In this document: positions 36,868 to 45,747 of the stretch, one piece after another
How positions within the stretch are numbered: position 1 is the first letter of the stretch
How the letters are laid out: the number at the start of each line of letters is the position of its first letter
Assembly: GCA_964593805.1 (NCBI GenBank)
Contig: CAZQHP010000001.1
Span: forward strand, 645,283 to 709,282
From: an uncultured Candidatus Saccharibacteria bacterium
GTDB lineage: Bacteria > Patescibacteriota > Saccharimonadia > Saccharimonadales > JBBQAJ01
Reading direction: 5' to 3'
DNA length: 64,000 nucleotides
The notes under the pieces: model-generated
Told to the model about the DNA's origin: nothing
Database searches by the model: none
Seen by the model: the letters and a program-made list of their open reading frames with translations, nothing else
Position numbers and translations under genes: made by a program

Positions 36868-37581
36868 CTACGACTTGTAAAACCTATCCAGCTCGCCGAC
36901 CTTCAACATGTGTTTTGCGCCGGCACCATAATGTCCCAGGTATTTACTTTCGGTGTACTTGAAATTCTTTATATTAGCTTCAAACGTCTCTTTTGTCTTA
37001 ACGGTAATTGTGTAGTCCAGAATTTTATCTCGCCGCGCCAAATGCAGCCAAACTTTTTTATTTTTCAGTCCAGCCACGTTGGCGATTGGGTCGTATGGTT
37101 TTACCGCAGCACGCAAGTCATCAACCGTTAGTCCTCTAGCCTGCATGGTTTTACGAGTTTTTTCAGTAGCCGGCGAAGTCATCATGTTGGATGTAATATC
37201 TCCATAAGTCATACACATAACTACATGTTGTATCTCCGGTGTTTCGCGCGTGAGCCTGCCCGCCAATACCGTGCCCATACTCATACCATACGTATAAATG
37301 TGCCCTGGATTTAGCCTTTTAATCCGCTCGTATGCGTCCGCTTTAACACCGTCATACATTTTGTCGTATTCCTCAAACTCCGCCTCTAGCACTAGTTCCG
37401 TAGGGTAATCATATATCACGACCGAATATCCTTTTTTATTGAGTTGCCGTATAAACAAAGAATACTGCTCCAGCCGCGTCCCCATCGCCGTAAATACAAA
37501 GACTAGCCTGTCTGAATCAACCAGCGCCTCCCTCGCCCGGAAATTTTCCCTTTGTTTAATTTCAGTCATCGCCTCAATCAT
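36868..37581 (-). CDS. alpha/beta hydrolase
   Basis: GMSMG nucleophile elbow. TGCTATGAT lies 7 nt upstream of the ATG. Confidence 0.7.
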   Translation of the reverse strand: MIEAMTEIKQRENFRAREALVDSDRLVFVFTAMGTRLEQYSLFIRQLNKKGYSVVIYDYPTELVLEAEFEEYDKMYDGVKADAYERIKRLNPGHIYTYGMSMGTVLAGRLTRETPEIQHVVMCMTYGDITSNMMTSPATEKTRKTMQARGLTVDDLRAAVKPYDPIANVAGLKNKKVWLHLARRDKILDYTITVKTKETFEANIKNFKYTESKYLGHYGAGAKHMLKVGELDRFYKS

Positions 37582-37655
37582 AGCATCTGAATTGCTAAAA
37601 ACTTGCCATTTTGTGTGTTGCAGGTTATTATTTTGCCAAGATTTAAGGAGTTCGT

Positions 37656-38183
37656 ATGAATAAAACTCAAGTGCCAGGATATATTCCTGAGGTTAGGCCA
37701 GAAATTTTGGTTGCGCAAGTTGACCAATGCTGGGCAGAACGCGAACAACAAGCAGCTGCATTTGCCGAGCTGGACGATTTACTGGCAGTAAGCGGCCTCG
37801 ACTGCGCAGCTGGGCTACGTTTGCCGCGGCATAGTTTAGACCATGCCACACACAAGGCCGAACCATTTCCCCCTAAGGTTTTACACGAAGCAGCTGACGA
37901 GCGGGATGAAGTCCTACCTGTCAGAGCAGACGAAGAAGAAATCGATCCCGACGACCAGGAAGATTGGCAACAGGAATGGCAAAAAGAAAAGCGGGAACGT
38001 GAAGCAGAGGAAGCACGAGTGCGCGACTGTCGCGTACGTCCATACATGAAAGGCTTTGCCACTAAACCTACTGCCGAAGAACTAGAACGAGCTGTCCGGA
38101 CAATGAAGTGGCGCAAGCAATCTGTAAAAGCTGCTAGCGCTCGGCGTACAACAAGCCACCTTCCATATCCTTGGCTCTCCTAA
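37656..38183 (+). CDS. hypothetical highly charged protein (175 aa)
   Basis: AAGGAG Shine-Dalgarno 6 nt upstream of the ATG; E/D/R-rich centre; no recognisable family. The antisense ORF 37667..38116 is treated as a shadow. Confidence 0.55.
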   Translation: MNKTQVPGYIPEVRPEILVAQVDQCWAEREQQAAAFAELDDLLAVSGLDCAAGLRLPRHSLDHATHKAEPFPPKVLHEAADERDEVLPVRADEEEIDPDDQEDWQQEWQKEKREREAEEARVRDCRVRPYMKGFATKPTAEELERAVRTMKWRKQSVKAASARRTTSHLPYPWLS

Positions 38184-38212
38184 AAATACTTCAGGCTATT
38201 AAGTAATTCTAA

Positions 38213-39541
38213 TTATTTTATTTCTGCGGTTAAGCTATCCAACTTCACTCGCTTTTGTTTTGTGGTGTCGCGGTGGCGGATGGTTACTGTGTTGTCTTTT
38301 AGCGTGTCAAAGTCCACGACTACGCAGTATGGCGTGCCGATTTCGTCTTGGCGGCGGTAGCGTTTGCCGATGTTGCCGTTGTCATCGTACATGACGTTTC
38401 CAAACTCTTTTTTCAACATTGCGTAAACTTCCTGGGCCTTTTTCACGAGTTCCGGCTTGTTTTTGAGCAACGGGCTCACAGCTACTTTTACAGGGGCCAG
38501 GTGGGCTGGCAGCTTCAGGTACACCCGCTTTTCGCCATTCACTTCATCTTCTGTATACGCAGAAACGAGCACGGCCATGATAGCGCGTTCGACGCCAAAA
38601 CTTGGCTCTATCACGTGCGGTACATACGGTTTGCTCCCATCCTTGGGCCGATACTCCATGCTCTTGCCACTGTGTTTTTCTATGTTGTCCAGGTCAAAGC
38701 TGGTGCGGTAGGCCAGCCCCAGCAGTTCATCCCGTTTGTGCGGGAAGTCAAATTCAAAGTCTATGGTGCGCTTGCTGTAGTGGGCACGGTCGGCCGCAGG
38801 CACAGGCAGTTCATGTACTGAAGTTTTTGGTATGCCGATTGCGTCTAAAAATTCATAGACATTTTTTACCCATTTATCAAATTCTTTTTCCCAGTTTTCT
38901 TCCTGAACAAAATACTCTATCTCCATCTGTTCAAACTCTCTACTGCGGAACACAAAATCCCGGGGGGAGATTTCGTTCCTAAACGCTTTGCCCTGCTGAG
39001 CTATGCCAAACGGCACATCCGGATAGAAAGTATCAACTACGTTTTTGTAATTGGTAAATATCCCCTGTGCCGTCTCCGGCCGCAGATAACTGGTAGAACT
39101 TTCATCATCTACCGGGCCAACGTTCGTCTTGAACATCATGTTGAATTGACGAGGCTCCGAAAGCACCCCCCGCTTGCCACAATTCGGACATCTTGTTTGA
39201 GCATCTTGAGAGCCTTGCGCCACAACATCTGGTACTTGATCGAGTCTGAACCTCTCCTTACAATTCGTACATTCCACTAATGGATCTGTGAAAGTGTCCA
39301 CGTGGCCGCTGGCCTGCCAGACTTTTTGGTTCATCAGGATTGCAGCGTCTACGCCATACATGTCGTCGCGGTCTTCTACAAACATCTTCCACCATAAGTT
39401 GCTTATATTCCGCTTCAGCGCTACGCCCAGCGGGCCGTAGTCCCACGTGCCAGCCAAACCGCCATAAATTTCAGACCCCTGAAATATAAACCCCCGGCGC
39501 TTGCACAAACTAACAATATCTTCCATTTTCACATCGCTCAT
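38213..39541 (-). CDS. glyQS: glycine-tRNA ligase (dimeric class II type)
   Basis: RRGFIFQGSEIYGG, class II motifs, anticodon-binding C-terminus. I chose ATG 39541. Confidence 0.92.
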   Translation of the reverse strand: MSDVKMEDIVSLCKRRGFIFQGSEIYGGLAGTWDYGPLGVALKRNISNLWWKMFVEDRDDMYGVDAAILMNQKVWQASGHVDTFTDPLVECTNCKERFRLDQVPDVVAQGSQDAQTRCPNCGKRGVLSEPRQFNMMFKTNVGPVDDESSTSYLRPETAQGIFTNYKNVVDTFYPDVPFGIAQQGKAFRNEISPRDFVFRSREFEQMEIEYFVQEENWEKEFDKWVKNVYEFLDAIGIPKTSVHELPVPAADRAHYSKRTIDFEFDFPHKRDELLGLAYRTSFDLDNIEKHSGKSMEYRPKDGSKPYVPHVIEPSFGVERAIMAVLVSAYTEDEVNGEKRVYLKLPAHLAPVKVAVSPLLKNKPELVKKAQEVYAMLKKEFGNVMYDDNGNIGKRYRRQDEIGTPYCVVVDFDTLKDNTVTIRHRDTTKQKRVKLDSLTAEIK

Positions 39542-39632
39542 CTTATCCGTAAGTATACCCCATCCCCCCTTTTTCCTCCACAAACCGTTCCACTTTTTCA
39601 TGCCTTAGCATCAAATACTGGAATAGTTTAAA

Positions 39633-40325
39633 TTAGGTGCGTATGTGGTTGGGGAGAATGGTTTGGATGAGTTGTAGGGATGGTTTGATTAGGGCTTCTA
39701 CGCCTTTAACTTGCTGAAGCACGTTTGGTTTGTTGCCGCTGAAGGCGAGGCGCAGGAATTTGATGTGGTCGGCGCGGTACGAGCCTTCGGGGTGCGGGCT
39801 GAACGCCATGTCGTCATAAGAAAACAGATAATTACCGTCTTGTGCGAGCGTTTTTCCGGCAGAATCTGTCCGCAAACTGGGTGTGTGGCCGGCGATTCTA
39901 AGCAACTGAGCGCCAAACCACAGTCTTATCAGGTCTTGGTCTATTTTGGCGCTGTCCAGCGCTTCAAATGCGTTTGTCAGCAACTCAAAATATTCGGGTT
40001 CTGGGTGGTCTTCGGTAACTTTATTGAGCAGTTTTATAAGCTCATAGCCCAGCATGGTGCGGTTTATATCTTGGACTATGGTTTGGTAGTATTTGATCAG
40101 CCTGGAAGACGTCAGCGTGCACAGTTCGCCCTTGCCTTTTATATAACCGATTTCAGACACGCTAAACAGTTCTATGCCGCCGGCCATTTTGGATTTACTT
40201 TTGCGCACGCCTTTGGCCAGTGCCCGAACCTTGCCTTGGTCTGGGGTCAGTAAAGTCAGGATGCGGTCGGCTTCTTGGTAATTAGTCCGAGCCAGCACAA
40301 TCGCCGGCGTTATGGTTTGTTTCAT
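39633..40325 (-). CDS. recO: DNA repair protein RecO
   Basis: OB-fold N-terminus (AIVLARTNYQEADRILTLLT) plus a helical C-terminus. I chose ATG 40325. Confidence 0.85.
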   Translation of the reverse strand: MKQTITPAIVLARTNYQEADRILTLLTPDQGKVRALAKGVRKSKSKMAGGIELFSVSEIGYIKGKGELCTLTSSRLIKYYQTIVQDINRTMLGYELIKLLNKVTEDHPEPEYFELLTNAFEALDSAKIDQDLIRLWFGAQLLRIAGHTPSLRTDSAGKTLAQDGNYLFSYDDMAFSPHPEGSYRADHIKFLRLAFSGNKPNVLQQVKGVEALIKPSLQLIQTILPNHIRT

Positions 40326-40431
40326 CCCGTTACAACCCACTTAACTGTCTTATGTTGATCGGCGTTTGATAATGCGTACTGCTTTCCAATCGTCAAATGA
40401 TGTTCGTGAGTTTTTTGGGTTGTAACGGGAT
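40324..40431 (-). promoter_or_regulatory. 16-bp perfect inverted repeat bracketing the whole RR-recO spacer
   Basis: ATCCCGTTACAACCCA (40324-40339) pairs with TGGGTTGTAACGGGAT (40416-40431). One arm abuts the response-regulator stop; the other covers the recO start codon. Confidence 0.4.
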
Positions 40432-40809
40432 TCATACTATCGGCACAAGCTGTTTTACGGTTTTGACCAGCTGAGCGGTGCTGGTACGCGGTTTGTACAG
40501 CACGGCCTGGACTTTGAGCTGGGCAAATGACTGGGCAAAAATTTCGTCCTGAGCTTTGGCGTTGATGGTATGCACTATCACCGGTATGTGCTGCCATTCG
40601 GGGTAAGACGCCAGTTCGTATAGGAGCTCTATGCCGTTATGCACGCCCAGCTGAAGTTCCAAAACAATCATGTCCGGTACGGTGTCATCAAGCGAATCCA
40701 GCGCGCTTTGGGCACTGCGTTTCCAGACCACGCCGTAACCAGACGCTTCCAACCCCGTTTTTATGGCCTGGCCCAAAATCCTATCCGGTTCTACGAGTAA
40801 TATATTCAC
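40432..40809 (-). CDS. single-domain response regulator (receiver only)
   Basis: CheY-like: LLVEPD, DMIVLEL, VHT, K near the C-terminus. Confidence 0.85.
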   Translation of the reverse strand: MNILLVEPDRILGQAIKTGLEASGYGVVWKRSAQSALDSLDDTVPDMIVLELQLGVHNGIELLYELASYPEWQHIPVIVHTINAKAQDEIFAQSFAQLKVQAVLYKPRTSTAQLVKTVKQLVPIV

Positions 40810-41492
40810 TAAACTAATTGTAGTTGATGGCTAGGCACTAACAAAGAGCCTATGCCTGTAAGCGAGCGGTGGCGATAAGCCCGTAGGGGCGCGTGCATCT
40901 GTTCGCTGAGACGGTCGGCAATGGCCAAACCCGCTCCGCCAGCCAGGCCAAGCGATGGCACGGCCTGGGCTGCCCGCCCATGCAGTTCACGGGTCAGCTG
41001 AAGCGCGCGCTGAGACAACGCCAGATGACTGCTAAAGGCGCCGACCACAATCCCGCGTGCCGAACGGTGCGTGCCCAGCACCAGATGATGCGGTATTTCT
41101 GCGTCATCGGCGCTAGCTTCTATTAGGCTGGCGCCCAGCAAAGTTAGCATGGTCCGCAGGCTCTCACGGTGCGCCATAATTGGCACGCCTTTGCCCTGCT
41201 GGTCAATTTCTATGGTGTAATCCCACTGCCGCGCAAACGGCTGCAGCTGTATAGCCACGTCGTACAAAACCGCGCTGGTAGTTAGCGGTTCCAGTAGCAG
41301 CTTGGTCTGGTTCTGGGCATGTGTTTGGGCGTAGGCATCTACTAGCCTCAGGGCGTGTTCGCTGACTATGGAGATGCGCGGCAAAGCGGATTCCCCGGAA
41401 ATTTCACTTAAACGAGCGATTTGCAGCAGCGGCACTTTTAGCTGATCCGCTAATGCCGTAAAAAGCTGATCTGACTGGTCTCCATACACCAA
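40809..41492 (-). CDS. degenerate histidine-kinase-like protein (no phospho-acceptor His, no TM)
   Basis: The HisKA-like helix reads ADQLKVPLLQIARLSE where sHELRTPL is expected. The HATPase-like part is eroded (GLAGGAGLAIADRL). 1-nt overlap with the RR gene. Confidence 0.5.
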   Translation of the reverse strand: MVYGDQSDQLFTALADQLKVPLLQIARLSEISGESALPRISIVSEHALRLVDAYAQTHAQNQTKLLLEPLTTSAVLYDVAIQLQPFARQWDYTIEIDQQGKGVPIMAHRESLRTMLTLLGASLIEASADDAEIPHHLVLGTHRSARGIVVGAFSSHLALSQRALQLTRELHGRAAQAVPSLGLAGGAGLAIADRLSEQMHAPLRAYRHRSLTGIGSLLVPSHQLQLV

Positions 41493-41549
41493 GGCACGTA
41501 CCCTCGCCTTACTTACTGGAAATTATACCACTACTGAACAACAAACTTG

Positions 41550-42314
41550 CTACGGTACGAATTTTAGATTGGCTAATATTATATTGTTAAAATCACCTAT
41601 AAATTGCTGCGATTCGGTCGAGATTTTGATGGTTTTGTCTCTGATGGGCAGTAAAATCATGCTGTTTTTTTGGCCTTGGTTGATTTCGCCGTCCACCCTA
41701 GCACCGGTTACTCCCGGAACGTTTTTTGCTACAAACGGCGTTACTGTGACCTTGCCGGATTTTACTTTGCCGTCAAACTGTTTCATTTCTTGCTCGTATG
41801 ACTGGCTGCTCACCTGCACGCGCAGCGCAAAAGCTGTCTGGCTCTGCACGCCCGGTACGAAATTGGGATGGAAATAGCCGTCGACCGGCATCGCAGCGCG
41901 GTCTGCTTCTACCACGTAGGCACCCCACGTCTTCGGATAGTTTATACTCAGACTGCCGTAAGCCGCCGGGCCTTGGTAAGTTTTGAGCGGATTTTTTTCT
42001 TTTTCTAAGAACTCGTTATCTTTTCTGGTAGATTCTTGTTGGATGGCTATTTCTACCGCTTTGGCCGATTTTTGATCTGAATTGGCTTTATAATCTTGCC
42101 GGCTGGCGTAGGCCCATAGTCCAAAACTTGCCGCGCCTAGAAATAACAATATAAAAAGCACCAGCGCCACTATTAGTCCGAGAGAACCGGCTTTTTTGTG
42201 CTTAGCCGGCATCTGCGCCGGGTGTCCGGCTGGTGTGGGATACGGTTGAAACGGCTGATTGGTTTGGGAAGGAGGCATAATGCTAATGGTAACGGAGTCG
42301 GCGGCAATTTTCAA
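41550..42314 (-). CDS. membrane-anchored hypothetical protein (Pro-rich N-terminus, one TM, beta-rich ectodomain)
   Basis: ORF plus TM LGLIVALVLFILLFLGAASFGLWAY. The alternative ATG at 42278 begins MPPSQ. Confidence 0.6.
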   Translation of the reverse strand: MKIAADSVTISIMPPSQTNQPFQPYPTPAGHPAQMPAKHKKAGSLGLIVALVLFILLFLGAASFGLWAYASRQDYKANSDQKSAKAVEIAIQQESTRKDNEFLEKEKNPLKTYQGPAAYGSLSINYPKTWGAYVVEADRAAMPVDGYFHPNFVPGVQSQTAFALRVQVSSQSYEQEMKQFDGKVKSGKVTVTPFVAKNVPGVTGARVDGEINQGQKNSMILLPIRDKTIKISTESQQFIGDFNNIILANLKFVP

Positions 42315-42349
42315 CCTGCCTGCCGGCCGGCAGGCGTCTTTTACACGTA

Positions 42350-42838
42350 TCAGTTGTAAATATAGAGGAAAAGCCCGTTCATTTCGTTGGCTGGTTGTTT
42401 GTCTGGAATCTCAAAAGCAAAGCTTACCAGTTTGACTTTGGCGGTAATGTCTTGGGTAATTTTTGTATCCAATTTTTTCATATAGGGATTTAGTAAAAAC
42501 ACATAGATTCCATCTGTTACGGGCAATTTGTGGCGCCAGTAATTCGCCCAATGAACGGTTATATATTTGCGGTATTTCCAGTTGGTTAGCTTGCTCCATA
42601 CAACCAGCACTGGGTTAAGCTCGTAGCCTATGGCGTAGATTCCCCGCTCTGCCGCCGCCCGCAGTATCCGTCCGTCGCCGCTACCCAGTTCCAAAAGCGT
42701 CTGCCCTGGCCTAAGGTCAAGTAAATCCAGCGCATCAACTGTCCTGGCTTTGAGCGTGGGTAAAAAAGGCGCTCCAAACACAACCACAAAGCTAAATATC
42801 AAAACAAAAAACACCCCTATCAGTAATAACCAGGTCAT
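42350..42838 (-). CDS. class I SAM-dependent methyltransferase with N-terminal TM
   Basis: Motif I LLELGSGDGRI. Confidence 0.8.
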   Translation of the reverse strand: MTWLLLIGVFFVLIFSFVVVFGAPFLPTLKARTVDALDLLDLRPGQTLLELGSGDGRILRAAAERGIYAIGYELNPVLVVWSKLTNWKYRKYITVHWANYWRHKLPVTDGIYVFLLNPYMKKLDTKITQDITAKVKLVSFAFEIPDKQPANEMNGLFLYIYN

Positions 42839-43020
42839 TTTTTAATAGACTCAATCTCATTTTTGGCGTTTTGCAGGTAATCTTCCAGCTGTGCAATCAG
42901 TTTTTGGCCTCGCTTGTACAAATCTAGCGCTTTGTCTATGTCCAGTTCGGCCGATTGCAGTTCTGACAATACGCCGTCTAATTCCGCTTGGAGTTCGCGA
43001 TATGGTTTTTTGGCTGTCAT
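42835..43020 (-). CDS. xseB: exodeoxyribonuclease VII small subunit
   Basis: 61-aa helical hairpin, directly downstream of xseA. Confidence 0.85.
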   Translation of the reverse strand: MTAKKPYRELQAELDGVLSELQSAELDIDKALDLYKRGQKLIAQLEDYLQNAKNEIESIKK

Positions 43021-43022
43021 AA

Positions 43023-44135
43023 CTATAAGTTTACCTTATTTACCGTCGCCCGCGCCGAACCGTCATGCATCTGAATAGAAACTTCCGACCCGGGCTTTAT
43101 AAACTTGATGGATTTTATGACTTTCCCGCCAGCCCGAAGCACCGCGTAACCCCGTCTTAGCGCCGCTTCTGGATTTAACGCCTCCAGCAAATCAGCCTGT
43201 CGGGCAACGGTTTGGGCGGCCGCCAAATAAGCCTGTTCCAAAAAGTGCCTGAGTGCTTTTTTGGTTTCTTTCAAATTCCGCGAGTCAACTTCTAGATTCT
43301 GCCGCACAATCTGTACCATAGATTTACCAACTTCACTCAGACGCTGTAACTCGTCTCTCTTATCGGGTACAAGCAATTGTGCGGCATTGCTGGGCGTGCT
43401 GGCTCGCAGGTCTGCCGCCAGTTCTGCCAGGCTTGTGTCTACTTCGTGCCCGATTGCCACCAGCGTTGGTATACGGCTGGCCGCAATAGCTCGTACGACC
43501 TGTTCGGCCCCGAACGCCGCCAAATCATCGGCGCTGCCGCCGCCGCGCGTTATTACCAGCACTTCTGGCGGCTGAGACAGCTGGTTTATGGCGTCTATGG
43601 CTCGTACAATGTCCGCCACAGCTGGTTCGCCCTGCACTTGCACATCATAATGCAGAACCTGCACGCCGCCCCAGCGTTCATTTAGTATTTTTACAAAGTC
43701 AGCGTAGGCCGCCGATTCTTTGGACGTGATCAGGCCAACCGATTGCGGTGCGAATGGCACAGGCCGCTTGCGGGATGATTCAAACAAACCTTCTTTTGTA
43801 AGCTTTGCCATCAGTAAATCTGCCGCCCGCTTCAAACTGCCCTTGCCCACCGGTGTAAGTGATTGCAAGTTCAAACTAAAGTTGTATAGGGGGTGCATGC
43901 GTGGACTGGCCACAATCCGCACCATCATGCCTTCTTCAATCGGTCCCGGCAGCATATACACGCTGCCAAAACACTTCACGCTGGCCGTTTCATCTTTTAT
44001 ATCAAAATACACCCATTTGCCGCGACTAACCCGCACATTTGCCAGTTCGCCCTCTATGGTTACCAGCGGATAGGCGAACTCTAGCGTCTGGTTCAGCACC
44101 GCCACAAAGTCAGAGGGAGTAAAAACAAGTTCCAT
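43023..44135 (-). CDS. xseA: exodeoxyribonuclease VII large subunit
   Basis: OB-fold start MELVFTPSDFVAVLNQTLE, catalytic core and coiled-coil C-terminus. I chose ATG 44135 rather than the track start 44294. Confidence 0.9.
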   Translation of the reverse strand: MELVFTPSDFVAVLNQTLEFAYPLVTIEGELANVRVSRGKWVYFDIKDETASVKCFGSVYMLPGPIEEGMMVRIVASPRMHPLYNFSLNLQSLTPVGKGSLKRAADLLMAKLTKEGLFESSRKRPVPFAPQSVGLITSKESAAYADFVKILNERWGGVQVLHYDVQVQGEPAVADIVRAIDAINQLSQPPEVLVITRGGGSADDLAAFGAEQVVRAIAASRIPTLVAIGHEVDTSLAELAADLRASTPSNAAQLLVPDKRDELQRLSEVGKSMVQIVRQNLEVDSRNLKETKKALRHFLEQAYLAAAQTVARQADLLEALNPEAALRRGYAVLRAGGKVIKSIKFIKPGSEVSIQMHDGSARATVNKVNL

Positions 44136-44189
44136 TGCAATAACTTTAACACCGAAAACAATGCGGCGCACGCCTGTGGCTTGCTTTCG

Positions 44190-44628
44190 CCCATACTTTC
44201 TTGTGTTGACAAGAAAGTAGGCAAAGAAACAACGCCATGGGCCGCGAAACATGATTGTCCCCATAACCAGCCAACTACCGCGCCGGGACGACAAGGCCCC
44301 CGACTTTAACTTGGGATGGTCGGGGACAAGTCCCAGCTCTATTCGGCAGTTGTCTGAAGGCGTGCATCAGTTTCTTGAATGGCGGGAACAAGCAGAGTCC
44401 CGCATATGCGGGGCGGTATTATATAATCCGCCTATGGCGGATACCTTGGTCTTGTCCGGGCTCTGGAGGTTCCTGATGATGGAGTTGTCAAAGCCACAAT
44501 TAGAGAGAGGAGTTACTGCGTAAGCAATAACGACGAGCATTGTGGTGTTTGACAATGGAGGCATCAAGAACTGGAAGTGGCTGTCGCTCTTTTTGCATAC
44601 TTTTTCTTCGATAAGAAAAAGTATGGCG
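44190..44628. ncRNA. repeated structured intergenic element, copy A (candidate novel ncRNA; strand unresolved)
   Basis: Collinear with 61252-61673. 63 of the last 64 nt are identical. It is bounded by A/U-rich hairpins at 44194-44219 and 44596-44625. Indels rule out coding. Confidence 0.5.
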
Positions 44629-44654
44629 TACAGCGGGCGAAGCGCGCGCGGAAA

Positions 44655-45725
44655 TTATTCTTCTATTTTTATAGATTCTTTGATTTCTTCGGCGGGCGTG
44701 TCGGCATGCAAGTTTTTTTGGTAGAAATAATAGCCTGGAGGCAGTTGCACGCTCATATTTACCACGCGGTACATAATAGTTACCGGCAAACTCAGCGCGG
44801 CCGGTACGCCGCCAGCGGCCAGCACGGCTGTCATCAGGCCTTCGTAGATGCCAATACCGCCGGGGAGTATGGAAATCAGCCCGGCAAAGTTGGCGACGGC
44901 ATAGGCCAATATAACCGCTCCGGGGTTTACTAAGTGCCCAAACCCCAAATAGACCACGTAAATAGCGCCCATTTCTGTTAGGTTTGCCACTAAAGCATAC
45001 AAAAGCGGCATCCTGAGCACGTGCAGGTTGCGGCGGATATGCATGTAGTTTTCGTGCAGTTCATGAAACGTATTGCGGGCGGTTTCTATGTTGAATGTCT
45101 CCGGATGGCCGCGGCGCACAACGTGAATTATCCGGTTCAAAATCTTAGTAATACTAGTAAAAAAACTATCTATGCGCCTTTTACTCCCAACCACAAACAC
45201 CAAAGCGGAGGTACCAATAAATAAAAGTGTTGCCAGCGAGCCAGCCACCAAAAGTATTAGGTCATTGGCCTGACCGCCCAGCGCCAAAGCCAGCAGCCCC
45301 ACAAACAACATCACCTGAAATGATATAAAAATCAGAATAAAGCGCATCAGCTGTACCAGCGTGGCTTGCGCCGTAGAAATCTTTTCGCTTTTCAGCCTTA
45401 GGCTCAAATATGAAAAACCGCTGACTCCGCCGCTTGGGAAAACACTGTTTACAAAGTTTAATTCCAAACTTAGCCGTACCATAGACCGGGTCCTAAAACG
45501 TTCGCCCAAAACCCTGAACAAACCTTGGTACAGCTTTCCCTGTGCCAGATGATTGAACAGTTCCAGCGGGATTACCAAAAGCACTGCAAACATGTTTACG
45601 TTGCCAAAGTTTTCCAACGTATCGCTTAACTGATGCCTAACCGCGTACGCCAAAAACCCCAGCGCTCCCAAAGTCAGGATAGTTAACGCTATTTTCCAGC
45701 GGCGCTGCCGCTCTTTATCGCTCAT
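44655..45725 (-). CDS. LPG-synthase-TM / UPF0104 flippase-like membrane protein
   Basis: Eight-TM pattern with ILPGGIGIYEGLMTAVL. Confidence 0.7.
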   Translation of the reverse strand: MSDKERQRRWKIALTILTLGALGFLAYAVRHQLSDTLENFGNVNMFAVLLVIPLELFNHLAQGKLYQGLFRVLGERFRTRSMVRLSLELNFVNSVFPSGGVSGFSYLSLRLKSEKISTAQATLVQLMRFILIFISFQVMLFVGLLALALGGQANDLILLVAGSLATLLFIGTSALVFVVGSKRRIDSFFTSITKILNRIIHVVRRGHPETFNIETARNTFHELHENYMHIRRNLHVLRMPLLYALVANLTEMGAIYVVYLGFGHLVNPGAVILAYAVANFAGLISILPGGIGIYEGLMTAVLAAGGVPAALSLPVTIMYRVVNMSVQLPPGYYFYQKNLHADTPAEEIKESIKIEE

Positions 45726-45733
45726 TAGAGCCT

Positions 45734-45747
45734 ATTATAGTTATACT
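45734..45747. promoter_or_regulatory. back-to-back -10 boxes in a 28-bp divergent spacer
   Basis: TATAAT (- strand, 45739-45734) lies 8 nt before the ATG at 45725. TATACT (+ strand, 45742-45747) lies 6 nt before the ATG at 45754. Confidence 0.5.

Noticed and set aside
37667-38116. 149-aa - ORF fully antisense to the 37656..38183 gene.
   Set aside because: The + frame has a strong AAGGAG Shine-Dalgarno and an ATG. The - frame is Ser/Ala/Arg-rich, typical of a GC-rich mirror frame.
43023-44294. Track start codons giving long N-terminal extensions (xseA 44294, ftsW 21254, folP 7761, pth 10774, topA 13331, sigma-4 gene 15886, glyQS 39601, recO 40340).
   Set aside because: The extensions are non-conserved, often begin at TTG or GTG, and overlap promoters or repeats. 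Internal ATGs coincide with the conserved family N-termini.
44476-44482. CUGAUGA (copy A) and CUGAGGA (copy B) resemble a hammerhead ribozyme core box.
   Set aside because: I could find no matching GAAA box, stem II hairpin or cleavage-site context. In copy B the motif is simply part of the hairpin GTTCC-tga-GGAAC.
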